A DNA stretch of 64,000 nt. Source: an uncultured Methanosarcinales archaeon (GTDB lineage Archaea; Nanobdellota; Nanobdellia; Woesearchaeales; GW2011-AR9). Shown piece after piece: positions 45,325 to 55,070 of this stretch. The position numbers were made by a program, and so were the translations under genes. The stretch covers positions 24,245 through 88,244 of the forward strand of contig CAZGQD010000002.1 of the NCBI GenBank assembly GCA_964527395.1. Direction: 5' to 3'. Within the stretch, counting starts at the first letter, position 1, and every line of letters starts with the position of its first letter. A model generated the notes under the pieces. It was given only the letters and a program-made list of their open reading frames with translations. It made no database searches and was not told the DNA's origin.

Positions 45325-46350
45325 TCAATCATTTATTTCAAGAAATTTCTTTGACATTTCATCAAAATCAGACACTATTTTTTGTTTTTTATTAAATTCA
45401 TTATATTCTTTAAAAGCTTTATTTTCAGCTTCTTTCTTTGAAATACTTCCTTTACCTTGAAGAACCTTAAATTCATTAAAATTCAAAAATTTATCAACAC
45501 TTCTTGCCAAATCCTCCATTTTCATAACTACCCTATTCTCAACAATATTCTCTATATAATCAAAAAAAGCAGAAACTGTCCGTTCTAATTTCTTTATTTC
45601 TTTTTCACCTAAATAATTTTTTGCAACAATTGTATCTGACTTCAAAACCCTTCCTTTTGGAGAATATTTCCAAGTAGTCAAACCCATATTTCTCTTACTT
45701 GCATCTACTTCATCAAAAACTATCTCTGCTGCAGTTTTTCCACAAATTGCAAAATGAAACTTATTTTGTACCATTGCATAAAATTCATTAGTTATTTTGG
45801 AATTTCTATCATAATCTATACTACATTCAGCAAAAATATCTGTAATTTGTTGATAAATTCTTCTCTCACTTGCACGAATTGAACGTATTCTTTCAAGAAG
45901 CTCTTTAAAATAATCCTTTCCAAAGTAATGTCCATTTTTTAACCTATCATCATCTAAAACAAATCCTTTTATAATAAATTCCTTCAATTTACTTATTGCC
46001 CAGATACGAAATTGTGTGGCTTTAGCAGAATTCACTCTATATCCTACTGATATTATAGCATCTAAACTATAATATCTTACTTTATACTTCTTATTATCCA
46101 AAGCAGTATGTTCCAAAATGGAACTAACTGAATTTTCTTGCAACTCACCACATTCAAATACATTTTTAAGGTGTTTTGTGACAGCTGGCCTTTGAACACC
46201 AAATAATTCAGCCATACTCTTTTGAGTTAACCAAATATTTTCATCATGAAAAAAAACATCAACTTTGATATCACCATTTGGAGAGGTATACAATAAAAAT
46301 TCAGTTATCTCATCTTTAATTGCCAAAACACCTTTTTTTTCACCTACCAT
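45325..46350 (-). CDS. RhuM-family protein
   Basis: Near-diagnostic blocks IWLTQKSMAELFGV, YYSLDAIISVGYRVNSAKATQFRIWA, FIIKGFVLDDDRLK and ERIRSIRASERRIYQQITDIF. Confidence 0.8.
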   Translation of the reverse strand: MVGEKKGVLAIKDEITEFLLYTSPNGDIKVDVFFHDENIWLTQKSMAELFGVQRPAVTKHLKNVFECGELQENSVSSILEHTALDNKKYKVRYYSLDAIISVGYRVNSAKATQFRIWAISKLKEFIIKGFVLDDDRLKNGHYFGKDYFKELLERIRSIRASERRIYQQITDIFAECSIDYDRNSKITNEFYAMVQNKFHFAICGKTAAEIVFDEVDASKRNMGLTTWKYSPKGRVLKSDTIVAKNYLGEKEIKKLERTVSAFFDYIENIVENRVVMKMEDLARSVDKFLNFNEFKVLQGKGSISKKEAENKAFKEYNEFNKKQKIVSDFDEMSKKFLEIND

Positions 46351-46438
46351 CTCCTAATTTTAGCTAAATTCCCATTTTATAAACATTCTCTTAGAAAAGT
46401 CTAAATAACTTTATATCTACAAAAAACTCAATTTTACC

Positions 46439-46882
46439 ATGCAAAACCACCTAAACCAACACTCAATTCCTTTAAAAGAAGAAACTACTAAATTAGCAAC
46501 AATTTTCACTCTAAACCCTAGAAATTCAAAGAAAGGAAGGCTTTGGATCCCAATTCTAAACAAAAAATACCCTTTAAAATTCAAAACCAAGTTCGCTTAC
46601 ATCTCAAAAATCCTAGAAAAAGATAACATTTCTGGCAACCATTATCACAATATAAAAGAAGAGATAATAATGCCCTTAACTGGAACCTTTGAAATCCACT
46701 TAGAAAATATAAATACCAAAGAAAAAGAACAAATAACTCTAAACTCAAAAAATAACAAAGCAATATACATAAAAACCAAAATCTCCCACAAACTAGTTTC
46801 TAAAGAACCTACAGGAATCATCTTGGTTCTAGCTTCAAGTCAAAGCAGCCCAGAAGATGAAATAAAATATATAATTAAATAA
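46439..46882 (+). CDS. cupin-fold protein, WxcM/FdtA-like (sugar ketoisomerase-like)
   Basis: SGNHYHNIKEEIIMPLTG...ILVLASSQSSPEDE resembles the RG.H.H....E.....G ... vlaS..y..eD pattern. Weak. Confidence 0.45.
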   Translation: MQNHLNQHSIPLKEETTKLATIFTLNPRNSKKGRLWIPILNKKYPLKFKTKFAYISKILEKDNISGNHYHNIKEEIIMPLTGTFEIHLENINTKEKEQITLNSKNNKAIYIKTKISHKLVSKEPTGIILVLASSQSSPEDEIKYIIK

Positions 46883-46886
46883 AAAA

Positions 46887-47285
46887 TCAAGATCTATAGA
46901 TCCCTACTTTGAACTTTCTTTGTACATTTTCAAAAGCTCTTCTAATTGGTTCATATCCCTCTTCTGTTCTAGCAAATCCTAACGAGTCACAAAGAATTCT
47001 ACTTAAAGGTTCAAGTAATTCTTCACGAACTCCACTATCTTCAAATCCAGGTTCTACTCTAATTCCACCATCTTCATAATAAGGTCGAAGTTTTACCATT
47101 TCTCCACGTCTTACTTCAGCAGCAAAACCGCCCATTTTAACTCCATTTTGATCTCCAACAACTCCCATTTGTCTAAAATCATAAATTCTTACTTTTGTAC
47201 TACCTAAACAACCACTATTCACAAAAACATTATTACTTGTGATATAATCTGCTATTCTTTCTTCAACTGATCTTTCTACTTCCAT
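46887..47285 (-). CDS. hypothetical protein (132 aa)
   Basis: ORF only. Confidence 0.5.
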   Translation of the reverse strand: MEVERSVEERIADYITSNNVFVNSGCLGSTKVRIYDFRQMGVVGDQNGVKMGGFAAEVRRGEMVKLRPYYEDGGIRVEPGFEDSGVREELLEPLSRILCDSLGFARTEEGYEPIRRAFENVQRKFKVGIYRS

Positions 47286-47521
47286 CTTAATTTACCTTCC
47301 AACACCATAAAACATACCACTTTATCCTAAAATGAAGCTTCATTTATAAATGATTTGGTATATTTCATGCCTAAATAGGGACAAAAACGATTATTAAATC
47401 ATCCCTCAGAAACATAAACTAGCTACCACTTGGTACCAAAACGTACCATTTGCCACCAACAACTAATAGAAACTACAAAAACATCCCAAATCCTTTTAAA
47501 AATCCTTCTTTTTAGACCTTT

Positions 47522-48634
47522 ATGTTCACTTTCATTAGAGGGGTAAAACCAAGAAAACAACCTTATGACTTTGCTATGATCCTAGGAGGAATGACTCCAG
47601 AAGCAAAAGTTGCTGGAGCAAGCTGGGATAATTATTAATCTAGCTGACGCAACTAATGGAGAAGTCCAAGCAATGGCTGCTCACTATATTGCTTTTCACA
47701 GACATCTAATTTTAAGACCCGACATGGTTGCATTACTTGAACATTCTGCAACCATGGCTAATTTTAGAGCACTAGAATTAGCAAGGGACAATACCAAAAA
47801 ATCAAAAGTTCTATGTAGTAACATGTCACATAACTCTATTTCAAAAGCCTGTCACTCATTAGGTTTAGAACCAATTGTTTTAGATGCAAATCCAGAAAAT
47901 AACTTTCAAGTTGATCAAGAAAACCTTATCAAGCATTGGATAATCACGAAAGAGAACTTGCTGCCATTGTTTCAACTTACGGAACCACACAACTAGGCCA
48001 TATTGAACTTCTAGCTGAAAATGAAAAAGTCCAAGAACTAAGAAAAAAAGGTGTATGCCTCCATGTAGATGCAGCTTATGGTGCCTACATTGGAAACTTA
48101 TCAAGACACATTCAAAGAGTTATTCCGCCTGCTGATTCAGTTACAATTGACTCATACAAATTCATTGGAAAACCTGGACTTGCCCTCTTAGTTTTAGAAA
48201 GAGACAAAAAGCCAACTCCAACTGTTCCTTATTACAATCAATCTCCTTTCACTATTCATTCAACTCTTTCTGCTGGCCCTTTAGCAGCTTGGCAACAAAC
48301 AATTAATGATGTAAACATTGTAAAATTAGCAGATAGCTCAGTAGAATTAGCAAAACGTTGCGCAGATGATTTAACTAGACTAGGAGTCCCATTAATTGAA
48401 TATCCTCAAATGTCCATTGTTCCAATTAGACTAAAAGATCAAAAACAAGTAAAAAATATTGAAAACCACTTACTCCAAGAAGGATACAAGGTTGGCCTTG
48501 TCAGAATTGAAGGAAAAGATTACACCATAAATGGCATCAGAATAGTAATCACTCCAAAAATAGATCCTGAATTAATGTATGGTAGCAGCTCAAGACTAGT
48601 TAATTTAATTGGAGAATATTTTTCTAAAGCTTAA
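47522..48634 (+). pseudogene. group II PLP-dependent decarboxylase (MfnA-like), at least two frameshifts
   Basis: Three frames carry consecutive pieces. The first is MFTF...ILGGMTPEAKVAGASWDNY* (47522-47638). The second is ...NLADATNGEVQAMAAHYIA...SATMANFRALELAR...SHNSISKA (to 47996). The third is DNHERELAAIVSTYGTTQLGHIE...GVCLHVDAAYG...SVTIDSYKFIG (47936-48634). The join at 47934-47938 needs a 1-nt correction. Confidence 0.6.
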
Positions 48635-48649
48635 AATAACCCAAAGAAT

Positions 48650-49591
48650 CTAAGGTGTTTCAATAATCTGCACAGTCTTTTGTGTATTCTCAATATAGTT
48701 ATAATCCATATTAATAATCAATGGCGTCTCAAAAGCAGAACTTCCACTAATTCTAAACTTACACACAGCTTTCCCAGCTCCATTAGACATTCGAACCTTT
48801 CCATCACTAGGGGTACAATCAATCAAACTGCCACCTGTCATTTCTGCTGTAAACTGTAAAACATCAAGATCACTATAATCTAAATTACTTCCTCCACACT
48901 GACTGATATCACTATAAGGGCTTAAAACACGTCCACTTCCAAGGTTACGAAATGAAATCTCAAAAATAGCTGTATCTCCCACCATGTCAACTCCTACATA
49001 ACTAACTCCAACTGGGCCACCTTGTCCTGACCCCATTGAAACATCTCGTGGCTCACACGCCTTTTGTTCTGAAGTAACTTGATAAAATAACGGATCTACA
49101 CAAATACTAGCAGCTGCCTGAGTTTCATAAGCATAACACCAAACCAAATTCAAATTAGGACTATACTCATAACTTCCATCAGGCAAAACAATATTGGTGG
49201 ACATATACTCAACTTGATTCCATCCACCATCTAAATTATACACACTTTTCCCAGAAATATCTCCACAACTTTGTACATAATCAATTCCTTGAACTATGTT
49301 AGGATCAAAGCCAGTAATTTGTAAATAACAATCTGACCCAGCAAGGTCATGGTTACCTTTGTTATAAATTTCAAGAATAGCCACAAATTCAGAAATGTCA
49401 TATATTGTTGATGCAGGAAAACCTGACACAAAACTAACTTCAACACCTCGACTTCCTGTAGAAGCAGCAGTTAAGGCATCTGCACTTTGATCTGGATTCT
49501 CTCCAGCAGATACTCCACTACAAGAACTAAGCATAAGCAAAACAGCAACTAAACTAAATATTAGTAATACTCGCGACTTTAAAGCATCCAT
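48650..49591 (-). CDS. lipoprotein, paralogue family
   Basis: From the M at 49591: MDALKSRVLLIFSLVAVLLMLSSC (lipobox). LEIYNKGNHDLAGSDCYL, YAYETQAAASICVDP and GGPVGVSYV...ISFRNLGSGR. Confidence 0.7.
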   Translation of the reverse strand: MDALKSRVLLIFSLVAVLLMLSSCSGVSAGENPDQSADALTAASTGSRGVEVSFVSGFPASTIYDISEFVAILEIYNKGNHDLAGSDCYLQITGFDPNIVQGIDYVQSCGDISGKSVYNLDGGWNQVEYMSTNIVLPDGSYEYSPNLNLVWCYAYETQAAASICVDPLFYQVTSEQKACEPRDVSMGSGQGGPVGVSYVGVDMVGDTAIFEISFRNLGSGRVLSPYSDISQCGGSNLDYSDLDVLQFTAEMTGGSLIDCTPSDGKVRMSNGAGKAVCKFRISGSSAFETPLIINMDYNYIENTQKTVQIIETP

Positions 49592-49622
49592 AACAAATAG
49601 AAAGAAACTCCCATTATTAAAG

Positions 49623-50531
49623 CTAACGATTACGATCAGCATTTATAGTGAACTTTACAGTATCAAGCAACTTATATTCATACACGAGTTCCATAAAAAG
49701 TGCTTTTGTTGTTGCACTAGACAAACTCCCATAATGAAACTCACAATCAAGTTCCACACTGTCTTCTCCTTCATCAAAAGTATACTGCAAAACAGAATCA
49801 ATACGGCCTTCTTCACCATCACCAACAAATTCACAAGCTTCTAATTCATCCGTAGTCAACTTAGAATTAATCAAACTAATCATATCAACTGACCCTTCAC
49901 CTTTGTTTTCTATCACAAATGTAAAATAAACAGTATTTTCTCGATCAAACACATTTTGTGTATAAGAACTAAATATAACTGGTGAATATTGTGCACCAAA
50001 ACTCTTCATCTCATCAAGTTCAGGATTAGAACACCCTCCATAAACATCATAAGAGCTAGGATTGATACATACATCTGCTTCTGCAAGTGTCGAATACATA
50101 AAACTGGTTTCCATAAATAATGTCATTGAATGTGAAAGTTCATCATTAAGTAAAACTCCTGTTTCTCCTTCAAATTCCATTTCCTCAAACAGCTCTATTG
50201 GTGACTCTTCATCATATGCTGGTATAGTAAACGACAAAGGTTCAACTGAACCAACATCAATATACCTATCATCATAGCCAAAAACACGCACTTTCCCATC
50301 TCTCAAATCAGCAGACCCATAATTCTTCACATCAAAAGTTACATAAAATTCATCTTCTTCAGTCACACTACTACGTGGAGCAACTTGAATATTTTCTACA
50401 GAAGGTGCTGCATACCGAGATTTGTAAGAAAGTTCAATCACATTTCCCCCTATTTCAGGTTCAGAACTACATGAAACTAGCATCATACCAAACATTAACA
50501 AAACAACTAACACAACTAACTTCTTTCGCAT
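49623..50531 (-). CDS. lipoprotein, paralogue family
   Basis: From the M at 50531 (GAGAGGT upstream): MRKKLVVLVVLLMFGMMLVSC (lipobox). FDVKNYGSADLRDGKVRV, YSTLAEADVCINP and SPVIFSS...FVIENKGEGS. Confidence 0.7.
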   Translation of the reverse strand: MRKKLVVLVVLLMFGMMLVSCSSEPEIGGNVIELSYKSRYAAPSVENIQVAPRSSVTEEDEFYVTFDVKNYGSADLRDGKVRVFGYDDRYIDVGSVEPLSFTIPAYDEESPIELFEEMEFEGETGVLLNDELSHSMTLFMETSFMYSTLAEADVCINPSSYDVYGGCSNPELDEMKSFGAQYSPVIFSSYTQNVFDRENTVYFTFVIENKGEGSVDMISLINSKLTTDELEACEFVGDGEEGRIDSVLQYTFDEGEDSVELDCEFHYGSLSSATTKALFMELVYEYKLLDTVKFTINADRNR

Positions 50532-50587
50532 CCCAAAAACCTCTCGTACCTTTTGTTTCATTAGATCCTAACCCCTAATTAATCTTC

Positions 50588-52681
50588 CTACTCTTCATCT
50601 CCATACAATTCATAGTCTGGAGTACTAATTTTCTCTGACAATTGATAATCAAATATTAGTTCTGCTTCAATTGTGCTTCTATAATAACCACCATTCTGAT
50701 TCACAAGTGCCGCAAGATCTTCATCAGGCTCAACAAAACACTGCGGAAGCGCAACTCCTTGCTGTCTACTATCATCCCCTAAATAAAGGTCATTTGAAGT
50801 CCCATACATACACTCATCCATATCTGTTGAATAAAAATCCCCTATTCTGATATCATACAAACGAATATTATCAATTTCTCCATCACCAATGTTCTCTATA
50901 TAAGCTTCAAGCAATATTTTCTGATCCATCTCTAAAACTGAATCTGCTCCTAAATCAAAATTAAGTCTAGCAAACTCATCTGCTCCAAACACTTCTCCAT
51001 CATGATCTAAATCTGCTAAAATACTTGCTTGCACTTCACTATCAGGATCATCTACATCAACCCAAAGCCTCTCTTGCCGAGCTACTGAACTAAATTCCAC
51101 TAAAGTTAAAAAAAACTCAATATCATAAGATCCTTCAAGCAATTTATCGTCAGCCTGATCTTCTGGAAAAGTACACAAAAACTGCTTATCAAATTCATCA
51201 ACACCTAACATATCATAAGGCACAGGAAATGAATTTGAAGGGTATTCAATCACTCCAACAATACTTTCTCCACGATACTTTCGGTGTGAATACTCACATC
51301 CTACTTCAAAACCAAATTCACGTTCACCTGGGTTTTTAATATCAACATTAAACCCATAAGCCATCCTTCCTAAAAACGTATCTGAAGTAACTTGATACAC
51401 ATCTATATCTGATCTACGTGTTTCACTAATTTCAACAGTTATCGGATCAAGTGTTTCATCAGTAACTCCATGTACATAAGCTTCACTTCGTTTCTCTTGC
51501 TGCTCCAAAACACATTGAGAATACCCACTTGTTCCAGAAGCAAAACCTTCAACATCCTCGCAATATTGTTCAATTTCACGTTCAATATCTTTATTCTTAA
51601 TACATTCATCTGCACTAACTCCTTGTCCAATCGCACCAATATCTAATACACAAGTTAATCTGTCCCACAAACTAGAAATAGCAAATTTTGCTCCACCTGT
51701 TTGTTCTCTCAAACTAACTTCTGCTTCAGAAATTTCATCAAGACCTGGTAAAAAGGAGATATCACTATTTGTAACTGACACTGTTGGAATCAAAATAAAT
51801 ATTGCCATTAAAGATAAAATACTTAGACCAAAGCTCAATTTCCAAAGTGTTTGTACAGAACCTTTCATAGAATCAACAAACCTAATACCTGCAAAGCTAC
51901 CAAAATAAAACCACCATGGGATATATAATATCGCCAAACCCACTGCAGATTTAGTTATATCTATTGCTACATCTTCTAAAACTACTTCCAAAAAGTAAGG
52001 TATTAGTCCTGAACCTAAGAAAAAAACGACTACTAAACCAAAACCAATTATTGCTCCTTCAGAAACTTCTCCAGTAGGATTTTTTTTATGCCCTATCAAT
52101 CCCCAAAACCAAAGCATCAATAAAACTACTGCAAAAAAGAAAAAATACAACTGCCATGAATCAAAACTTCTATCAAATACATACCACAAAAGAAAAGTCA
52201 CAGGAAAAACAATCACTGCACCTTTCCCAAACTCCACTTCTTTCATCATTAAAAATGCAGCTATAATTACCAACAAAAAACTCAACATTAAATTCAATGC
52301 TGGAGAAACACCGCTGATACTAACAAGCCACTGAAATCCCCCAAACAACAAAATCATAAAAACAAGCATTCCTCCACCACTTCCTGAAGAAGAAGAAGAA
52401 CCAGAATTATCTAAATCATTTTCTACTCTTTTTCTCTGATCCTTTGCATCCTTATCTGCCGCCTGCGAATCTACTTTATCTTTATTAGCTACTGCCTTAT
52501 CTGCTGCTGCTGTAGCTAAAGCCTGCTCAGCTCCCAAACCTCCAGCACCAAAACCAGCTACTTTCAAAATACTTTGACCTGTTTCAGTTTCTGCTGCTTT
52601 ACCCGCTAGAGCTCCTGCTGACCCTGCTGACCCAGTTGCACCTCTTGTTGCTAATTTACCTAAAGCTCCAAATACTCCCAT
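50588..52681 (-). CDS. polytopic membrane protein with Gly/Ala-rich N-terminus and large C-terminal ectodomain
   Basis: 697 aa. The N-terminal 100 aa are low complexity (GATGSAGSAGALAGKAAE...). About 7 hydrophobic helices follow, then a Cys-containing domain with IKNPGEREF and IENIGDGEI motifs like the neighbouring lipoproteins. Confidence 0.75.
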   Translation of the reverse strand: MGVFGALGKLATRGATGSAGSAGALAGKAAETETGQSILKVAGFGAGGLGAEQALATAAADKAVANKDKVDSQAADKDAKDQRKRVENDLDNSGSSSSSGSGGGMLVFMILLFGGFQWLVSISGVSPALNLMLSFLLVIIAAFLMMKEVEFGKGAVIVFPVTFLLWYVFDRSFDSWQLYFFFFAVVLLMLWFWGLIGHKKNPTGEVSEGAIIGFGLVVVFFLGSGLIPYFLEVVLEDVAIDITKSAVGLAILYIPWWFYFGSFAGIRFVDSMKGSVQTLWKLSFGLSILSLMAIFILIPTVSVTNSDISFLPGLDEISEAEVSLREQTGGAKFAISSLWDRLTCVLDIGAIGQGVSADECIKNKDIEREIEQYCEDVEGFASGTSGYSQCVLEQQEKRSEAYVHGVTDETLDPITVEISETRRSDIDVYQVTSDTFLGRMAYGFNVDIKNPGEREFGFEVGCEYSHRKYRGESIVGVIEYPSNSFPVPYDMLGVDEFDKQFLCTFPEDQADDKLLEGSYDIEFFLTLVEFSSVARQERLWVDVDDPDSEVQASILADLDHDGEVFGADEFARLNFDLGADSVLEMDQKILLEAYIENIGDGEIDNIRLYDIRIGDFYSTDMDECMYGTSNDLYLGDDSRQQGVALPQCFVEPDEDLAALVNQNGGYYRSTIEAELIFDYQLSEKISTPDYELYGDEE

Positions 52682-52848
52682 CGTTTACACTACCTACATA
52701 ATAACCAATCTAATATGAATACAACAAAACAAACATTCCAGGTATAAAAATACTACCTTTATCACCCTCAAATAAACAAAAAAAGTACCTAAGAAAAAAA
52801 TTAAAAAAATCAAAACCAAAAAAAAATTAATAACCTAAAACAACCCTT

Positions 52849-54063
52849 CTAATTACCAATCTCAACAAGTAATTCTCTAACTTCTAAGCTTGTTGTCGGA
52901 ATTATCTTCACAGCGTTGTTACCAGTTTCTACATAGCTAGATGCATCAAAAGCATATGATGTTGACGTTGTATCAAAGCTTTTCTTATACCCATTCACAG
53001 ACACATATCCAGTTTTGCTGTCTCCATCATCTGCAAAGTTAAGTGTAACTTCTATTTGTTTGTCATCATCTTCAACTTCTTCAAAATCCTCAAGAGCCAA
53101 ACTAAAGTAATATGTTGGATAATCCACATCAACTAATTCAGACACAACTTTTACTCCATAAACAGTATAATCTCCTTCATCAGTATAAAACTCAAGTGTA
53201 TTTTGTCCAATATCAACCATTTCAAGTCCAAGTTCGATTGGATCCATTTGCACACTACAACTAGGTGTAGCACTATAGATTTCTTCTGAATTTAACCAAA
53301 CTGTTAACAATGCATCCTCTCCTGAAGCACAATCAGGCTGAAAATAAAATGTCAACTTTTCAAGATTATCATACTCAGTCTCAGAGATCTGAAATGACCC
53401 ACTAGCCCGCTGAGAATCAAGGTTCTTAAGCTCACCAACAATAATAATATTCTCTAAAGTAACCTCATTACTGGTCCAAAACTTAGCACCTGGTGAACTA
53501 ACTTTAAATTCAACAGAATTCTGCTCTTCAAGCAAATGATCTGGAACATTTAAATTCAAATTATCTCCTGAACTAGCAGATCCATCATACAAACTCTCTC
53601 CATTAAAATTAACTTTCAATCTACCACCTGTGGTATCGCCTACTCTTAAACTAAGAATTACTCCAGATGTAAGTCCAACATCATCTAAAACCAAAGTCAT
53701 TGTCCCTTTTTCTTCAGAAAACATACTATTTTTGATATACATCGACTCTTTTTCCGCAAGAGATTCGCTTTCTGTACTAGTGAATATATTCACCGAGGCC
53801 AACGTATGCTCTATTTCATCTTGTGACAAATATTCAATATCACCAGGATTTTCCTCAAGCAATACTTCTCCACTTACTTCTCCAGCATCAGACCCATCTG
53901 AACTAGAGTCATAATCTTCTCCAAGCAATAAAGCCCTTTCTTCAGGTTCTACTACTAATACATATCCTATCATCATTGCCATTACAATAGCAAGTAGAAC
54001 TGCTGCTGCTCCAGCTGCTTGAGCTTTCTTATCAAAATTTTTTATACCAAATAATGTGACCAT
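52849..54063 (-). CDS. pilin-like (class III signal-like) secreted protein
   Basis: MVTLFGIKNFDKKAQAAGAAAVLLAIVMAMMIGYVLVVEPEE. AGGTGGT lies 4 nt upstream of the ATG. The C-terminal part is acidic and beta-rich. Confidence 0.65.
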   Translation of the reverse strand: MVTLFGIKNFDKKAQAAGAAAVLLAIVMAMMIGYVLVVEPEERALLLGEDYDSSSDGSDAGEVSGEVLLEENPGDIEYLSQDEIEHTLASVNIFTSTESESLAEKESMYIKNSMFSEEKGTMTLVLDDVGLTSGVILSLRVGDTTGGRLKVNFNGESLYDGSASSGDNLNLNVPDHLLEEQNSVEFKVSSPGAKFWTSNEVTLENIIIVGELKNLDSQRASGSFQISETEYDNLEKLTFYFQPDCASGEDALLTVWLNSEEIYSATPSCSVQMDPIELGLEMVDIGQNTLEFYTDEGDYTVYGVKVVSELVDVDYPTYYFSLALEDFEEVEDDDKQIEVTLNFADDGDSKTGYVSVNGYKKSFDTTSTSYAFDASSYVETGNNAVKIIPTTSLEVRELLVEIGN

Positions 54064-54140
54064 TTATACCACCTTTAAAAATCAATCTTACAAAGAACTA
54101 GCAAATTAATGTATATAAAGATTTGCTAAAAACAAACTAT

Positions 54141-54365
54141 TCAATCCAAAACACTATATTGTTCTATCTTTCTTACATATGGCTTCTCACCTTTCTCAAG
54201 CAAGGGATACTCTATTTCTCCTACTTGGATAAAAGTAGATCTTCTCCCTAACCTTCCATGCCCTAAATCAACTGGATAAATTACAATCTTCATTCTCCCA
54301 AAATGATCTCTCAAAAGCTGCAGTGAACTATCCATAACTGCATCCCTAATCCCTTCAAAAAGCAT
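54141..54365 (-). CDS. hypothetical protein (74 aa)
   Basis: The first base of its ATG is the innermost base of the right 98-bp inverted repeat. Confidence 0.45.
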   Translation of the reverse strand: MLFEGIRDAVMDSSLQLLRDHFGRMKIVIYPVDLGHGRLGRRSTFIQVGEIEYPLLEKGEKPYVRKIEQYSVLD

Positions 54366-54462
54366 ATATACTCATCCGTAACTATTTTCTATAACTTGGT
54401 TACGGATTCGAGACACAGTTCCGTAAGAAAAGTTCCACTTTCTACTTACGGACCAGTATATT
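54365..54462 (-). repeat. right copy of perfect 98-bp inverted repeat
   Basis: Exact reverse complement of 43959-44056. It overlaps the last 17 nt of gene 54446..54703. Confidence 0.95.
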
Positions 54463-54703
54463 CTCCTGCCACATCTTGATCTGGCACAGGATATCTTTCT
54501 TTTCCCCACAAAAAATCAGCATCTAAAGTAATAGTATAACCTCCAAATCTTTCAGTCAAATCCCCTACAATGTACCTATTGTCTCCAGTATCTACAAAAA
54601 GCTGTGTTGCCCTGCCAGTCTCACTCTCAGCCAATCGTATAGTTTCTTCCAATCTAGAAACAACAGCATCACTAAGTCCAGAACTATCTTCGCTATTCAT
54701 CAC
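54446..54703 (-). CDS. hypothetical acidic protein (85 aa)
   Basis: ATTTATATATG (- strand) lies about 27 nt upstream of the ATG. The last 5 codons and the stop are encoded by the right inverted repeat. Confidence 0.5.
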   Translation of the reverse strand: MMNSEDSSGLSDAVVSRLEETIRLAESETGRATQLFVDTGDNRYIVGDLTERFGGYTITLDADFLWGKERYPVPDQDVAGEYTGP

Positions 54704-54800
54704 AAAACCAAAAAACTAAAGAGCTCATATATAAATTAGTTAGAAAAATAGATGCTGTGTCTTTGTTCTGGCCTTTTGCGATAATTGATAAAAAGTCATT

Positions 54801-55003
54801 GGCGCGCTTGCCCCCTCACTGGCAATTACATTCATCTTGAGATCATTTCCACGAGCATTGTTGCTGACAAGCAACCTCGAAAATTTCTTGAATTTTCCGC
54901 CGTTGTGACTAAAAGGAGCAAAACTTAGTGAAGAATGAACTAAGTCCCGAAAGCAACGCTTGAAGACATAGTAAGCACAATGGAATGTACCTGCACTAAT
55001 TTC
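54801..55003 (+). repeat. structured palindromic element, copy E (long, divergent)
   Basis: CTCACTGGCAATT, ACGAGCATT, hairpins GTTGCT-GACA-AGCAAC and ACTTAGTGAAGAATGAACTAAGT (homologous to the copy A hairpins), GTACCTGC (as in copy B), and 3' ACTAATTTC. A possible outer pairing AAATTAGT (54733-54740) and GAGCTC (54721 / 55009) would extend it to 54721-55014. Confidence 0.6.
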
Positions 55004-55070
55004 GAGCAGAGCTCTCCTGGCTAATTTATCCTCAAAAATTTTTCAGGACTTGACTATTCGCCAAGTTTCC

